A DNA stretch of 63,982 nucleotides, counting the filler, from Porpidia crustulata (Eukaryota), in assembly GCA_964255105.1 (NCBI GenBank). It is 4 parts of 4 records of this genome, joined end to end, with 100 filler letters (N's around TTAATTAATTAA, not from the genome) between each part and the next. Parts side by side here need not be neighbours in the genome. Positions count along the whole stretch, not along the records: positions 16,618 to 33,115 come from CAXUWE010000254.1; positions 33,216 to 49,696 come from CAXUWE010000255.1; 2 more parts are not named here. One strand, 5' to 3'. Made by a program: the position numbers and the translations under genes. The notes under the pieces are model-generated. The model saw only the letters and a list, made by a program, of their open reading frames with translations, was not told the DNA's origin and searched no databases. How positions within the stretch are numbered: the first letter of the stretch is position 1; every line of letters starts with the position of its first letter. Below are positions 24,516 to 36,395 of the stretch, piece by piece.

Positions 24516-25399
24516 TTCCTGAAATAGAAGACCGAGCATAATCATCGCACTACAAGTACATTGTAGATTCTTATCGAAGTCAACTAGTCTGTACAGTGAT
24601 CAAGATATACGCGATGAATGCTTCTTGTTGTTCAAGTTGGCGATTATCCGTTGCCGTTAATCCTCTACGTGCGAGAATTAAGTGCACTCTGCACTCGACC
24701 CCAATGTTTGGCAGAAGAAAGAACATAAAAGATAGCATGTACCATCAGTAAAGCATAGTGAGTTGCCGGGAATCTGAAAAGGCGGAAAGTGTTTATATGT
24801 CTGACCAAAGCTTCGCTAATGCGATCAACTTTATACGCCGATTTGAAAAGTAGTTGGTGATAGATTTTATTTCTCCATAAAGTTAGCGAACGAATCGGTT
24901 TTACGTGAGTAAATATATAGCTCAATCCGGAGTTTTTAGCTTAAGATTCTGTTCACCTCCCGTAGTCTGGATAATTCGAGATATCGGGCTGCACAGCAAC
25001 TCGCAGGGCACTTCAACATACATGCCGAAGCGTAATAAATGTATTAGATATAAGACGCTGTCCAAGACCATTGCCTGAAATTTCATCTCAATCTTCTAGC
25101 AACACTCGATACTGTCGGCTTCTCTCAATTTCCACTTTATTATATTCCTGGATTTCTATGTCTTTCGTCATTTAGGTATCTCAATGTTAGCCGAGAGATT
25201 TGAAATTCAAAATGAGCCGGGACGTGGAGAGCTTTATTATGGAGCTGAGTTAAGGTGATGATGATTCAGACAACGACGAACAACGACGAGGAGAGTCAAG
25301 ATCTATATCTCATTTACATCAGAGAATCGCTTGAAATTGTGAGTCGTATTTTATCATCAACACTACGTCAGATATGTCGTCTTCGTCACTGAATCGTCT

Positions 25400-26400
25400 C
25401 TTACTAACGCAGTAGAACTAGAAGTAGTTGTTCAGTTTAACGATGTGATTCTTGACACCTGAGTCCTCGGGGAAACCCTTCTTGCTCACCAAATGCACGT
25501 GCGTCTTTTCTAGGGCTTTCAAGGCGGTTGGGATGCACGATGCCAGCGTCGCCTGATACTGATCTCGACGAGGCCAAGAGCCCTCGGGTTTCTTCCGGTA
25601 TTCGTGAGAGTCATCTCAGTAATCGACAGAGATGATCGAGATTCAGCCGCTCAGCTGCTTCGGGGTGGACTTAAACGGAGTGCCGCTCAGAAATCATTGA
25701 CGGATCTGAGAACAGACCTGAAAAGATTTGACTGATCGGATGATGATTCCGGCGGTCAGATGTGCCTCGTCAACCATTATACGAATCCATGAGGGCGCGT
25801 CGTCGTCGTAATATAACTTCACATGATGATCGTGACTGCTCGGAATGATGATGATGAGTACCGTGTATGCGTTTCGATGATACTCCCCCTTAAGTATCAT
25901 CTTTTCTAGATACTTGACATGATCCTGGGCGAGTCGAGAGATTTGTTCAGTGATACGGTAGTCACTCATGATCCGTCAAGGAATCGAAGTCGAAGGAGTG
26001 ATGTCAAACCATCGGATGATCTCCTTCATTCAGGTCAAAATCACCGCCGCGGGCACAAGGGCCAGAGTAGGACCAACGACGGCCTTGAAGTGATGACCAT
26101 AGCTACGGTCCTCACTCAGACATTGAGACCTAAACTTGAGGTCCTGTGGACAGCGCGCGTCCGGAGCTTGAGGGTTCCCTTTGTCAGATGAGGTTGCCAA
26201 TTGATCTACTTTTGCGCCTTGCGGACCTCCCGACTGCATCGGACAAGGTTGTAGTTCAAGGCCATCAACCCAAAGAATTCGGCGGTCTGGACCGCGGAAT
26301 TGACGTCTCTTCTCGGACCGGCGACGAATAGGCTATACATACCTTACGGCGAAGCATGGATACTTCTTGATTCGTACCTCATGACTCATTCGTCATTAGC
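25400..26400 (-). pseudogene. SNF2-family (DEAH) helicase/ATPase pseudogene
   Basis: One reading frame gives motif Ia GPTLALVPAAVILT*MKEIIRWF, motif II WIRIMVDEAH and motif III *FLSGTPF. In-frame stops at 26030, 25976, 25694, 25643, 25616 (TGA) and 25418 (TAG). Confidence 0.8.
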
Positions 26401-27395
26401 ATTGTTTCTGTTCTTGTGAAAACACACGGTCTTATGGTTTCCAACCCAGAAAATCATTTCATACGAGACGAATTCATCGTGTGATCTGCTATATATGCAA
26501 GGTCACCCCCATCTGTGCGATGCCATCTATGAAAGAAGGTGTTGTTATTGCTCGTTTCTTTAATTTCCGTCAGATGTTCGACGGCGAGGAAAGATAAAGG
26601 ATTGCTTTGATTGAAGGTGCATCGACCTCGAAATTGAACTTTACCTTTTCGTAAGGAGTAGGCTAAAGTTTGCGGTGTTTCCTTCGGAGCGATCTCACTG
26701 CTTCTTAGCGACCCTATCCAAGATGTAAAAAATTGATGATGTGTGGCTAAAATTTGAATGTAAGACTTGCAATCCGTGATTCCGCGGAAAATTATAAAAG
26801 TATACTACAACCGATGTCAGTGATAGACTGGCGTCTTCATTCCGGGAATGGGGAAAGTAGAGGTGCTTCGCGTGTTGTGGAGTAGTATAAACATGGAACA
26901 GTCTGATGAGTACACAATCGCGGTCAAGGTACGAAAGTAGCAATTCTGATGGGAAGCGGCCAGAAGAAGTACTCGAGTTTAGGCAAGCAACAGTGACTGC
27001 CTGGAAAGATAATCCAATATGCAATCACTTCCGAGGCGGTAGCAGCATCAGATGTCTACCATGATTCCGTGACCGCCACTTTCACAGAAGGTATACGAAT
27101 GGATTAGTTTGGTGACTGCTGCATATTAATTGCCACTGTTGAAGCTTCTTATATTGACCATGAGATTATCTAGTCGATACTGCGTTTGATAATTATTGAT
27201 TGTCAGAGACTTGGGACTTATGGAGAACGGCATATAGATTTAGACGATTATGGACAATAGCTTATGTATTCGAAGACTAAAGTATTAGAAATCTTGAGGC
27301 AGTAAATGATAATGTCTTGGGAGCATCGATTGAGGATTCGTGTGTCCAATGGCTAGGCTTCTTCTGTCTTCGGGTTTCTGTCTCGGAATAGTGCT

Positions 27396-28458
27396 ATGGT
27401 ACAAAGCTCGCAAAGCGCTGCTGCTCCCGTGAGAGAGCAGGTTCCTGCTCCCATGAGTCCGAAACCTGCTTCTATGTATCCGGGACCTGCTCCCGTGAGA
27501 GGGCAGGAACCTGCTTCATCTAGAGTCCGTTTATATAGAGTAACTCCGATGAACAAGAAGAGTGAGAACGGCTGGTACAGTATATACATATGGATTTAAA
27601 TCGGGAACCGAAGATTCCGTGCGATAGATAGATAATGAACCTCCAAGCTTGAACAAATTTTTCGGCTAATTCAAGAACAGTCAATTTTCGTGGAGTCTTG
27701 AAATATCGACGGTCCAAGGGAAGTGCTAGATGTTCCTCTCGAAAATAGACTATAAAAAAGTTCTCATCTCTAAAAAGATGAGCATTTGAAGTTTATATTG
27801 AAGGGATATAAGTGGCTCAGTGACGGTAATGTACCTCATCACGGATTTCGCAGAAAGCAATATAACTTGACCTGATTATCTCTCTAAAGAATCACTTCGG
27901 TAGGCCAATATGGACGTACTGACGAATTGTTCCATCTAATTCGATGGACGGCAAAACCATTGCCAAAGCTGGACTCTTAGTGCGTTGATAGAATTCGTCT
28001 GGACTTGTTTTTATTATCCTTCACTTTGCAGCATTCCAGCTTGATCGGTCCCACGATATGAATTTTGTCCACTTGACTGTTTTGTGTTATTTTCTTTTAT
28101 GATCTCATAGGTTTGACAGCATATCATGCATTCGTTGTCTCTCATCTCTGCTTTCGATGAGAAAACAGAGATCTGCTCTCGTAAGAGAGTAGGTTCCTGC
28201 TTCCGTGTGTCCCAAATCTGCTTCGATGAGACAGGAACCGCAAACTCTTGATTCGACTTTATGCTAATTTTAGTTGGCAAATTGTTCGTCGATGCTCGAG
28301 AAACATTTCTTCGCAAGTACTGTCTCAACATGCAAGATACAGACTATCTGCCGCGCGAATCAATGGTGGGTGCTGAATGTTCTCAAAGCTATTCACAAAA
28401 GCTTGGTATTCCTCGAAGATACATTCAGGTATATAGAATCGAAGTAGACCAAACGTAA
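27396..28458 (+). mobile_element. Two tandem decayed gag/protease-like retroelement fragments
   Basis: A Pro-rich PAP repeat linker is followed by YIWI*IGNRRFRAID (like the strand leading into a retropepsin DSGA). A diverged copy of the linker at 28173 is followed by ...VGAECSQSYSQKLGIP. Confidence 0.4.
27421..28228 (+). repeat. Diverged 56-bp direct repeat pair (27421-27476 and 28173-28228)
   Basis: CTGCTCCCGTGAGAGAGCAGGTTCCTGCTCCC... vs CTGCTCTCGTAAGAGAGTAGGTTCCTGCTTCC...; 47/56 identical by manual alignment. Confidence 0.85.
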
Positions 28459-30392
28459 GATCTGCTTCCTCCATCATGAATAGCGGAGCAGCTATGTCAT
28501 TTGTGTTGATAGAATATTCGGATGGGCTGAAGGACTGAGAAGTCACGTAACAGGCCATTCCTAGACGAATAGAAAGTGAAGACTAATAATCCGACCTCAT
28601 GATCACGACAGGACTCAGTCATGACGCTGGGGGAACATGGACACGAGACTCGTAGTCGAATTACCACTAAGATCAATAGTATTTTCCATGCGGGACCCTA
28701 CACAAGGAACCGTCACGTTTGAATTTGTATCTTGGGATCTGTAGTAGAAAATGAGTAAGGAATATCTTTGGGAGCGGAACGTTTCCGCCATGAGCAAGGT
28801 TTACCTTCGTGCTTCTGTGCCATCCTAGCTCCGACTCTCACGTCACTCCTTCTTCATAGTACTGACAATACAAAAAACCATATTCATGCTTTCAAAAGTT
28901 GACGTTGTATTCAAGCACGCGAGAAGTATTAGGAAGTGTAGTATATTGTCAATGAATATGGCATAGTGCCATATATGAAGCGCTAGTTTCTTCCCTTGTC
29001 ATCCTCCTCCTCTTTCATGTCGACATATATGACAGCACTTCTCTTATCATATATATTCTCTTTGAAGAAACTAGTGTGGTAATCCACATACGCTGGTTAT
29101 GTTTTCATTATTCTCATATATATGTATTCAAACGTATTCAATACATGAAATATTATATTTAAAGCATGCAAATTGCGGTATCGATTGTATCTCTCGGCTG
29201 CGTTCCAGCTACAGTATTAAAGCTTTGTATTAGATCTTTGACTAACTATGCTACTCGCGCCAATGCGGCGACGAGTTTCCACTGAAATTAGCTGCAAAAG
29301 CCAAAAGTAACGAGTTCAAACGGATCGACCGGTACCTCTCGGCGTTATCCCGAATTTCCTGAGCAGAGGTACGATTGAAATTTGATGGAACACAATAATA
29401 CGGCGTCCATTTCGTGAACACCGGCGCCGTGCAGCTCGTCCACTCCTGTATGGGATGTGCTGTGGAGAACGAGAGATTTCGCGAAATTTTTCCTTTTCAG
29501 TAATAATGCGGCGTGAGAAGACAGCTTCACAAACTGAATGAAACGATGATCGAGTTTATGAACATGTATCGAGAGGTAGTAGGTTATTCTACGTTCTACT
29601 TATCTCTCAGTATCGATATCTTAGTACTGACTCGGTATAGCATACTGTCCAAGCTCCCCCTCTCCGCACCACATCTTCCACGCAGCCACGGAAAGCAAAA
29701 TAAACGGTCCCAAACGCGTGCTCCCTACATTTCACTATCTATGCCTCAATGTTAGACGGGGCCTACAGTGTGGGCACCATTACGAAAACCCTCGGTAGCA
29801 TAAGAGCTGCTTCTTCAATCACCGAGAAACTCATTCTGGCACTCTGCGAGGACCCTGATCGAGCAGAAGCATATGTATCCTGTAAAGCCTCTGGACGATG
29901 CCCCCCTCTATAGTTTACCCTGAGTTCCGTCAGCAACTCATACGTTGCTTGCCGAGAGCGGGGAAACTTTCTAGGGCTTGACGAGTTTCTGGCGAGTCTA
30001 GTTTCTTAAGAATCAATTTACATTTTACGTTTTGTAGTCCTCACCCGGTTTTATATACCGCGATCCTGGATATCAACTCCTTATAGGATGTAAACGAAAT
30101 GGGAAGGGGTCTGGGACAGCGGGAATGAGCCTATGGAAGCGTTGGGAGATAATGACATAGTGCTGGGATGGTCGAGGTCGTGATGACGTTAGATAGGAGA
30201 GGGCGTGTATGATCTGGTGTTTAGACGATGGGAAGTGTAGATAATCAAACGAACATACAGGTGATATACGTTAGGCACACAACTAGAGAAGCGGAGTAGT
30301 ATCACTAGAACCCTGACCGTGAGTTATTTTCACTGACGGCCCCCAAACGCCACGCTCCCTTCCCAAAACTTGCAACACCAACCCAAAGATCC

Positions 30393-31452
30393 TTACATCG
30401 CAGCAGCCTCCCTAGCCTTCCCCCCACTAGCCCGGTGCCATACGTCCCCACCCCACCGCATCAACCGCTCCGCGGCGGCCGTTGGCCCATCAACGGCTGG
30501 TCTCACGTCCAGAGAAAACACAGGTTCCCCGCTCGCACCGTCTGGGGCCGAGTAATAATCGATGACGTATCTGATCTCTCGAGTTTCGCCATCGGGTGCT
30601 CGTCGCTGGACGTACCAGTCATGGCGGTCAAAGGGGGGTTTGGTGCTGTACGATGGTCAGTAGTGGTGTGAGGAGAGAGGAGAGAGGAGAGAAGTTGGAC
30701 AGACCTGTATCTGATGGGATATAAGTAGCCCATAACCTCGTGTATCCGCGCCTTGGGCGTGAGGTCTTTCGGTCGGCCTTGAAACTTTAATAGCTTTGGC
30801 TGGGCGATTTGTGCTTCTGGGGCGATTTTATCTGCGTCCTCTATGAATCCTTCTTCACCTCTACGGCATGCCTGCCAGCCGTAGCCGAGCCCTCGGCTGA
30901 ATCGACGCTCCCAGTTGACGATCTCTCCCCATGCCCCTTCGTTCAGGAAATTGTGCACCGCCACCATGGATTCAACGGCATCTTGGGGAGTGTCGTCGTA
31001 TCCTTTTCGTAGCATGGCGTTGTACATCTGCTGCGGGGAGGGATACTCCCAGTTGCTGTCCGCATCGCCTCGTGGTATCGATGAAGTCTCGCGATCTGTA
31101 GGGAGTCCGATGGTTTGATTCGAAGCACGGGATTGTGAGAGATTTGCAAACATGTAGTTAAGTGGGTTCAGTCTAGATGGTGTAGACGATAGTGTGGTGG
31201 AAGATTCAAGAGGGGCGTTTGGCTGGTTTACTGGGTATGAGCCCGCTGGAGGTTCGGAGGTTCTTCGCGGGGGAAAAGAGGGAGTCGAAGGTGTGTCAAT
31301 ATGCATCGGACATCCAGGCTAGAGCAATTAGCATCGTAGAATTTTATTAACACAACATGATATCTTACAGGTGGAGCAGAATTCGAACCGGGAAGAGGAT
31401 GAGGCGCAACTTTATTCGAGGAGCGGACGGTGTCCGTCCAGAACCAGCCCAT
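30393..31452 (-). CDS. CYC3: Cytochrome c heme lyase (holocytochrome c synthase), 3 exons
   Basis: MGWFW start, CPM heme motif, [31 protein letters not shown], and PFDRHDW...RYVIDYY after splicing intron 31368-31319 and a second intron at ~30704-30648. Confidence 0.95.
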
Positions 31453-31759
31453 CATGGAGAACGATAAGGGCACTGCAATAGATTATGATTGTAGGTATCA
31501 GGGAATGTTAGGTCTGGAACAACGCTCGTATGGTAGAGGGTGAGTGCATGAGTAGATGGAGAATTAAGATGCTCTAGTAGTTCAAGAATTAGTAGACGAA
31601 ACAGGTCTAGCGCGAGTTGCGGCCAAAATGACGTCGCGCTTTCACAAGCTTTTTCAAAACAACTACCGCGCGGAGCCGAAGGTAGGTAGACATGGCAGCG
31701 TTAGAACAATGAACAACACTGAGACCACATGGCTCAAATCATAAGGATTGGTTCATACA

Positions 31760-33115
31760 ATGAGAGCGGGCTTCTGCTTCGGCCGACTATGCCTTCGTCG
31801 CGGACTCCACCCACCTGTTGCTCTCTTCCGGCTTGAAAGGCGCTTTTCGATAGCTTCAAAATGGCGTTTGCCTGGACGAACGCCGCCGAGACCCCCAGGC
31901 ACCAGGAAAACCTTGTATGCGCTATTAAGTCCGGCTGCCTTTGTGCAATTGAGTGAGGAGGATAGCGGGGATGGCAAGACGCCAGAAGAACACATGCTGG
32001 AGGCTTCAAGGGCGGAGATCGAGAAGACAATGCCAGATAACCTGCATGGATTCAGAAGAGTCTGGCATGGACTATACTTATTCCTCGACAAGTTCATGTA
32101 TGAGCCACTGGCAACGGGCTTCAGGTTTCTGCACCTGGTACTTATATTCGTGCCGGTCATAGCAGCAGTCCCAATGATATGGTTTGGGCGGCGGCAAAAG
32201 GAGCATGACCTCGAGCGTACAGGTACGCTCTTATGGTATAGATTCTTGGTCCACTCAATGGAACGTGCCGGGCCAGCCTTCATCAAGGTATGTATCACCT
32301 CAATCGAGTGAGTTCCGACTAATTGGCCGCAGCTGGGGCAATGGGCAGCTTCGAGATCAGATATCTTTCCGACAGAGATGTGCCATACAATGTCTTCCCT
32401 CCATTCAAATGCGCCAGCGCACTCACTTGCTGTGACAAAAAGGACAATCATCAAAGCCTTCAATGGCCGACGGTTTGAAGACATTTTCGAAGAATTCCAA
32501 GAAAAGCCCCTGGGGGTTGGCGCTATAGCGCAGGTCTACAAAGCAAAACTCAAGTCAGATCTTGCTAGCCTGGATGATGCAGATCTTGAATATACTCCCC
32601 CTAATATGCGTCAACGTGTTCGTAAGAACGTCGATACCCTCATCAAGTCCACTCCCCAACGTGTCCCCTCTTCCTACGTCGCTATCAAAGTTCTTCACCC
32701 TAAAGTCGAGCGCCTCGTCCGCCGCGACCTGCGCATCATGACCTTTTTTGCCAAAGCCTTGAACGCCATCCCCACCATCGAATGGCTTTCCCTCCCTGAC
32801 GAAGTCGAACAATTCGGCGAGATGATGCGCCTACAACTCGACTTACGCATTGAATCCGCAAATCTGACCATGTTCCGGAAGAAATTCAAGGACAGAACCA
32901 CTGCCTGGTTTCCCTACCCCTACGCCTCCCATACCACCCGCCAAGTACTTGTTGAAGAATTTGCCCAGGGTATCCCTCTATCGCATTTTCTCGAGAACGG
33001 CGGGGGAGTCTTCCAGCAAGAAATCGCCGACGAGGGCCTTGACGCCTTTTTACACATGCTCCTCATCGACAACTTCGTCCATGCCGACCTCCACCCGGGG
33101 AACATCATGGTCCGC
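31760..33115 (+). CDS. Mitochondrial ABC1/UbiB-family atypical kinase (Cqd1/ADCK2-like), truncated by the gap
   Basis: GPAFIK|LGQWAASRSDIFP (intron ~32288-32332), PLGVGAIAQVY A-rich loop, VAIKVLHP, HADLHPGNI. Basic N-terminal presequence. Confidence 0.92.
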
Positions 33116-33215
33116 NNNNNNNNNNNNNNNNNNNNNNNNNNNNNNNNNNNNNNNNNNNNTTAATTAATTAANNNNNNNNNNNNNNNNNNNNNNNNNNNNN
33201 NNNNNNNNNNNNNNN
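33116..33215. other. Assembly gap with TTAATTAATTAA linker
   Basis: N-run with a central linker. Confidence 0.99.
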
Positions 33216-33416
33216 GTATAAGGAGGTGAAGAGGTGCGGGGCGGTGGTGCGTGATAGTGACGGTGAATTAAGGGCGGTAGTCGAGGGAAGTAAAGCGTTG
33301 AGTGGGAGGAGAATGTAAAGTGTCGTACGTGTTCGTCTGACACGTGTCCATGGCGTGGCGCGCTCAAGATCCTGGACCGTACTAGCGGTGGCACCTCTTA
33401 TCCCACTTCCTCATAT

Positions 33417-36395
33417 TCATAGACTCATAGTCAACCACTCCCATTCCTGAGTTCCACTTCCACCGGGACCACCGGCCAGAATCCCCTGCTGACCAATCAT
33501 CCCGGCACCCTGAAGGGTAGCCATATTGCCGGCTGCCGACATGGGTTGGTCCTTCTTCTTCGGTGGAACCGGCGCTGCCTTCCCACTGGTCTCGTCGGCA
33601 TCGGCCATTTCTGCTTCTCGACCATTGTCGTGTTTCGAATGTCTTCGTTGCCGTTTGGGAACATTGGCTGTGGTCCTGGTAGTGCTGGTTGGAGCCGGGG
33701 TGGCGGCGGCGGCGGCGGCTTTGGGAGGTGCTGCTGCAATGGGTATAACGCCACCTTTGACGGTTGTACTGGCTGTGGGACCGTAACTCGTAGGGGTACT
33801 TCCGGCGGTGGAACCTCCGTTGGCAGAGCCATACGCGGATGGTGGGGAAGCAGAGTCATTCTGACTTAAAGCCTTTCCAGATGTAGGGGTCGTCGCAGGT
33901 GTTTGATGGATTGAGTTCTTGCGGGAAGCCTTCTTGGATGATCTCGTTGCGGTACCAATTGGTAGTTGATTGCCGCTACCACGATTACGCTTCTTGATCA
34001 CATCCGTCTTCAACGACAGAGGCCGGACTACGCCATGGAGCTTGAGGAACAAGCCACAAGCATTGCATAAAGGATGACCTTCCGGGTTTCGACGCCATAA
34101 CGGAGTTGTCTGGGTAAAGCAATTGGTGCAAGTTGTTGAAACCCCGTTGTTGTCATCACTTTTGGACCCGCCGGGACTTCCGGGACGAGACGGGGCTACA
34201 CTGCTGAACCTGGATTCTGGAGGCGAATTCGGTGAAGATTGCGGTCGATTCTGCGCGGCTTGTTGGCCTAGCTGACCGACGTTGGGAGTCGAGCTGGTGC
34301 GTGGAATCTTTTGCCGACGTGCATCACCGGCACGGTTACGAATCTCGCTCACGGATGCTGCAGATCCATGAGCGCGACCAAGGCTTCCATTTTGAGTCCA
34401 TTCTTGTGGGGAAGAAACCATTTCCGTTCCACCTATGGTCACTTGTTTCCTGGGAGGTCCTCCTGGATAGCGGGCCGCCATTGTATTAAGTTGCCCTCGG
34501 AGATTCGGGTCCCACTGTAACCTGGAATGTAGATCCAACGACGGATCCTCCGGAAGCGTAAATTCCGTCTGCATCATCATCGACCTTTCCGGGTATGGCA
34601 TCCCGTCTTCATCCTCGTTGTCCGAGTCGGCGCCAAAAGAGAACATGTTCTCGTGGCGGGTCAGATTGATCGCTTGGGACTCTGCATTCGAGAATTCGGG
34701 ATGCAAGACTTGAGATGGATTGACGTGTTGCATTGAAAAGGCAGGAGCGTTAAAGGTCGAGGCCGATGAACCGGTCGTCGTGACGGCGCTGAACATGGAT
34801 TCATTGTTTGGATTGTTGGGATTGTAGATGTAATGTGGCTGCATCGAAGCGGAGAGGTTGGAAGATCGATTCGTCGGATAATTGTTCATGGCTCGTTGAT
34901 GGCGTTCAAAGTACATGTGGTCGTTATCGTGTTGCAGGGGTTGAGGGGTCGATGTTGTGGAACGATAAGCAGAACCGGGTGGGGAATAGTAGTCGGAGGA
35001 ATTGAGCGACGTGCCCATGGATGTGGATTTGTAGGTGGGATATGATCCCCCATGAGGAACCAATGGAGATCCGGCGGGCGAGAAGGTAAAGTGCTGCTGG
35101 AAGGGACCCGCCGAATGGAGTATGGGGTCTTCGTTGACCCCGAAGGTGTCGAGATGGAAAGGAAGGTGGGGGTAATTGTTGGTGGTCAACGGGTATGCAG
35201 GGTGAGAACCAGTCTGGTCCAGGGTATAATCGTTCAATCCGACATCACCATCCGCATCCGTCGGTATCATAATATTGCCGGCCGGATTGACCTGTGGAGA
35301 GAATTCCGCCGGGCGTTTCCTAGGCTACACAGTCCGCTTGTCAGTCCTCATGTCCGAATTTGACAGATTCCTCGACGAACCCTTGTCTCATCGATGCTCG
35401 TCTTCCTGACCCTTCTTTGCACATAATCAAATTCGAGGTTCCTCCGGTCTTGTGGAGGCGCCGAGGGAGGGAAACCGGTATGTGACTGATCCGGCAGAAG
35501 GTTCCTCGTCTTGATCGGTATTGCCGCGGCGGTCGTATTCGACGTGGCGGATGTGCCCTCGGTCGGCGGTGAAGGGGAGACGCCGGTGGGAGAGGCGGTC
35601 GACGACGGGAAGATCAAATCATCAATGTTCATCGGCTCCGGTTCATTCAGGCTGTTGGCATTGGACAAGTCCAATGATTTCCGAAGTTTCGCGATCCCCG
35701 ACGGTGCGCTCGAGTTTTGCTGGTTCAAACTGACGCACACCATGTCAGTCGAAGCCCCAGACAGCGTGCGCCAGTGGTGGGGCGACTCGTTCATACCGTG
35801 CCTGCTCCCGCTCCTTGCGCCTCAAATTCATCGCCATCATCCTCCACGTCAAATTCTCCATTCGTTCTTGATTCGGCAATTGTGTCTTGGTCTTGCTGTA
35901 CAATTTCCATATCTGGGTGGCCAGCGGGTCCTGCTTCTGCATCTCTTCGGGTGGTTTGAGATCCGCGCTTGAAGCGTCGTCTCGCCAATCCGGGAAGAAG
36001 GCCTCGCGAAGGAGTCCCTTGCGTGGGTCATGATCTCTGGTTGAGATATCCAGTTTGCCTCGAGTACGATTCACAGCGATTGCGGCAGCAACAGACTGTG
36101 CAGAAGGGTGCAGCGGTGTTGGTGGTCGAGGTGGTTGTTGCGAACTTTGTGGGGTAGCAGCAGTTGGGGTGATGACATTGGTGTTCAGCGGGCCACACAA
36201 GTTGGAGCTCCCCGATTCATTATCATTACCATTGTTCGACAGGGTGGTTGCATTGACTACCCCACGCGATCCTTTATAATGCGTAGTAGTAGACATTCCC
36301 GGCCGTGATTGTTCATGGTTATGATTGGTAGCAGCAGAAACAGTGGTAGTGGAGGTGGTGGCCGTAGTATCGTGGGCCCTTACACGACGAGGCAT
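33417..36395 (-). CDS. areA: GATA-type nitrogen regulatory transcription factor AreA/NIT2 (3 exons; start codon uncertain, 36395 or 36297)
   Basis: DUF1752 motif [15 protein letters not shown]...[37 protein letters not shown] finger [50 protein letters not shown]; diagnostic C-terminus EWEWLTMSL. Confidence 0.97.

Noticed and set aside
25616..26032. Alternative genetic code (UGA=Trp) gene or NUMT
   Set aside because: The same frame still uses TGG for Trp, has a TAG stop and frameshifts, and is not AT-rich like mtDNA. Mutational decay is more parsimonious.
29345..29950. Short plus-strand ORF with intron-like signals
   Set aside because: No continuous frame or recognisable domain could be built.
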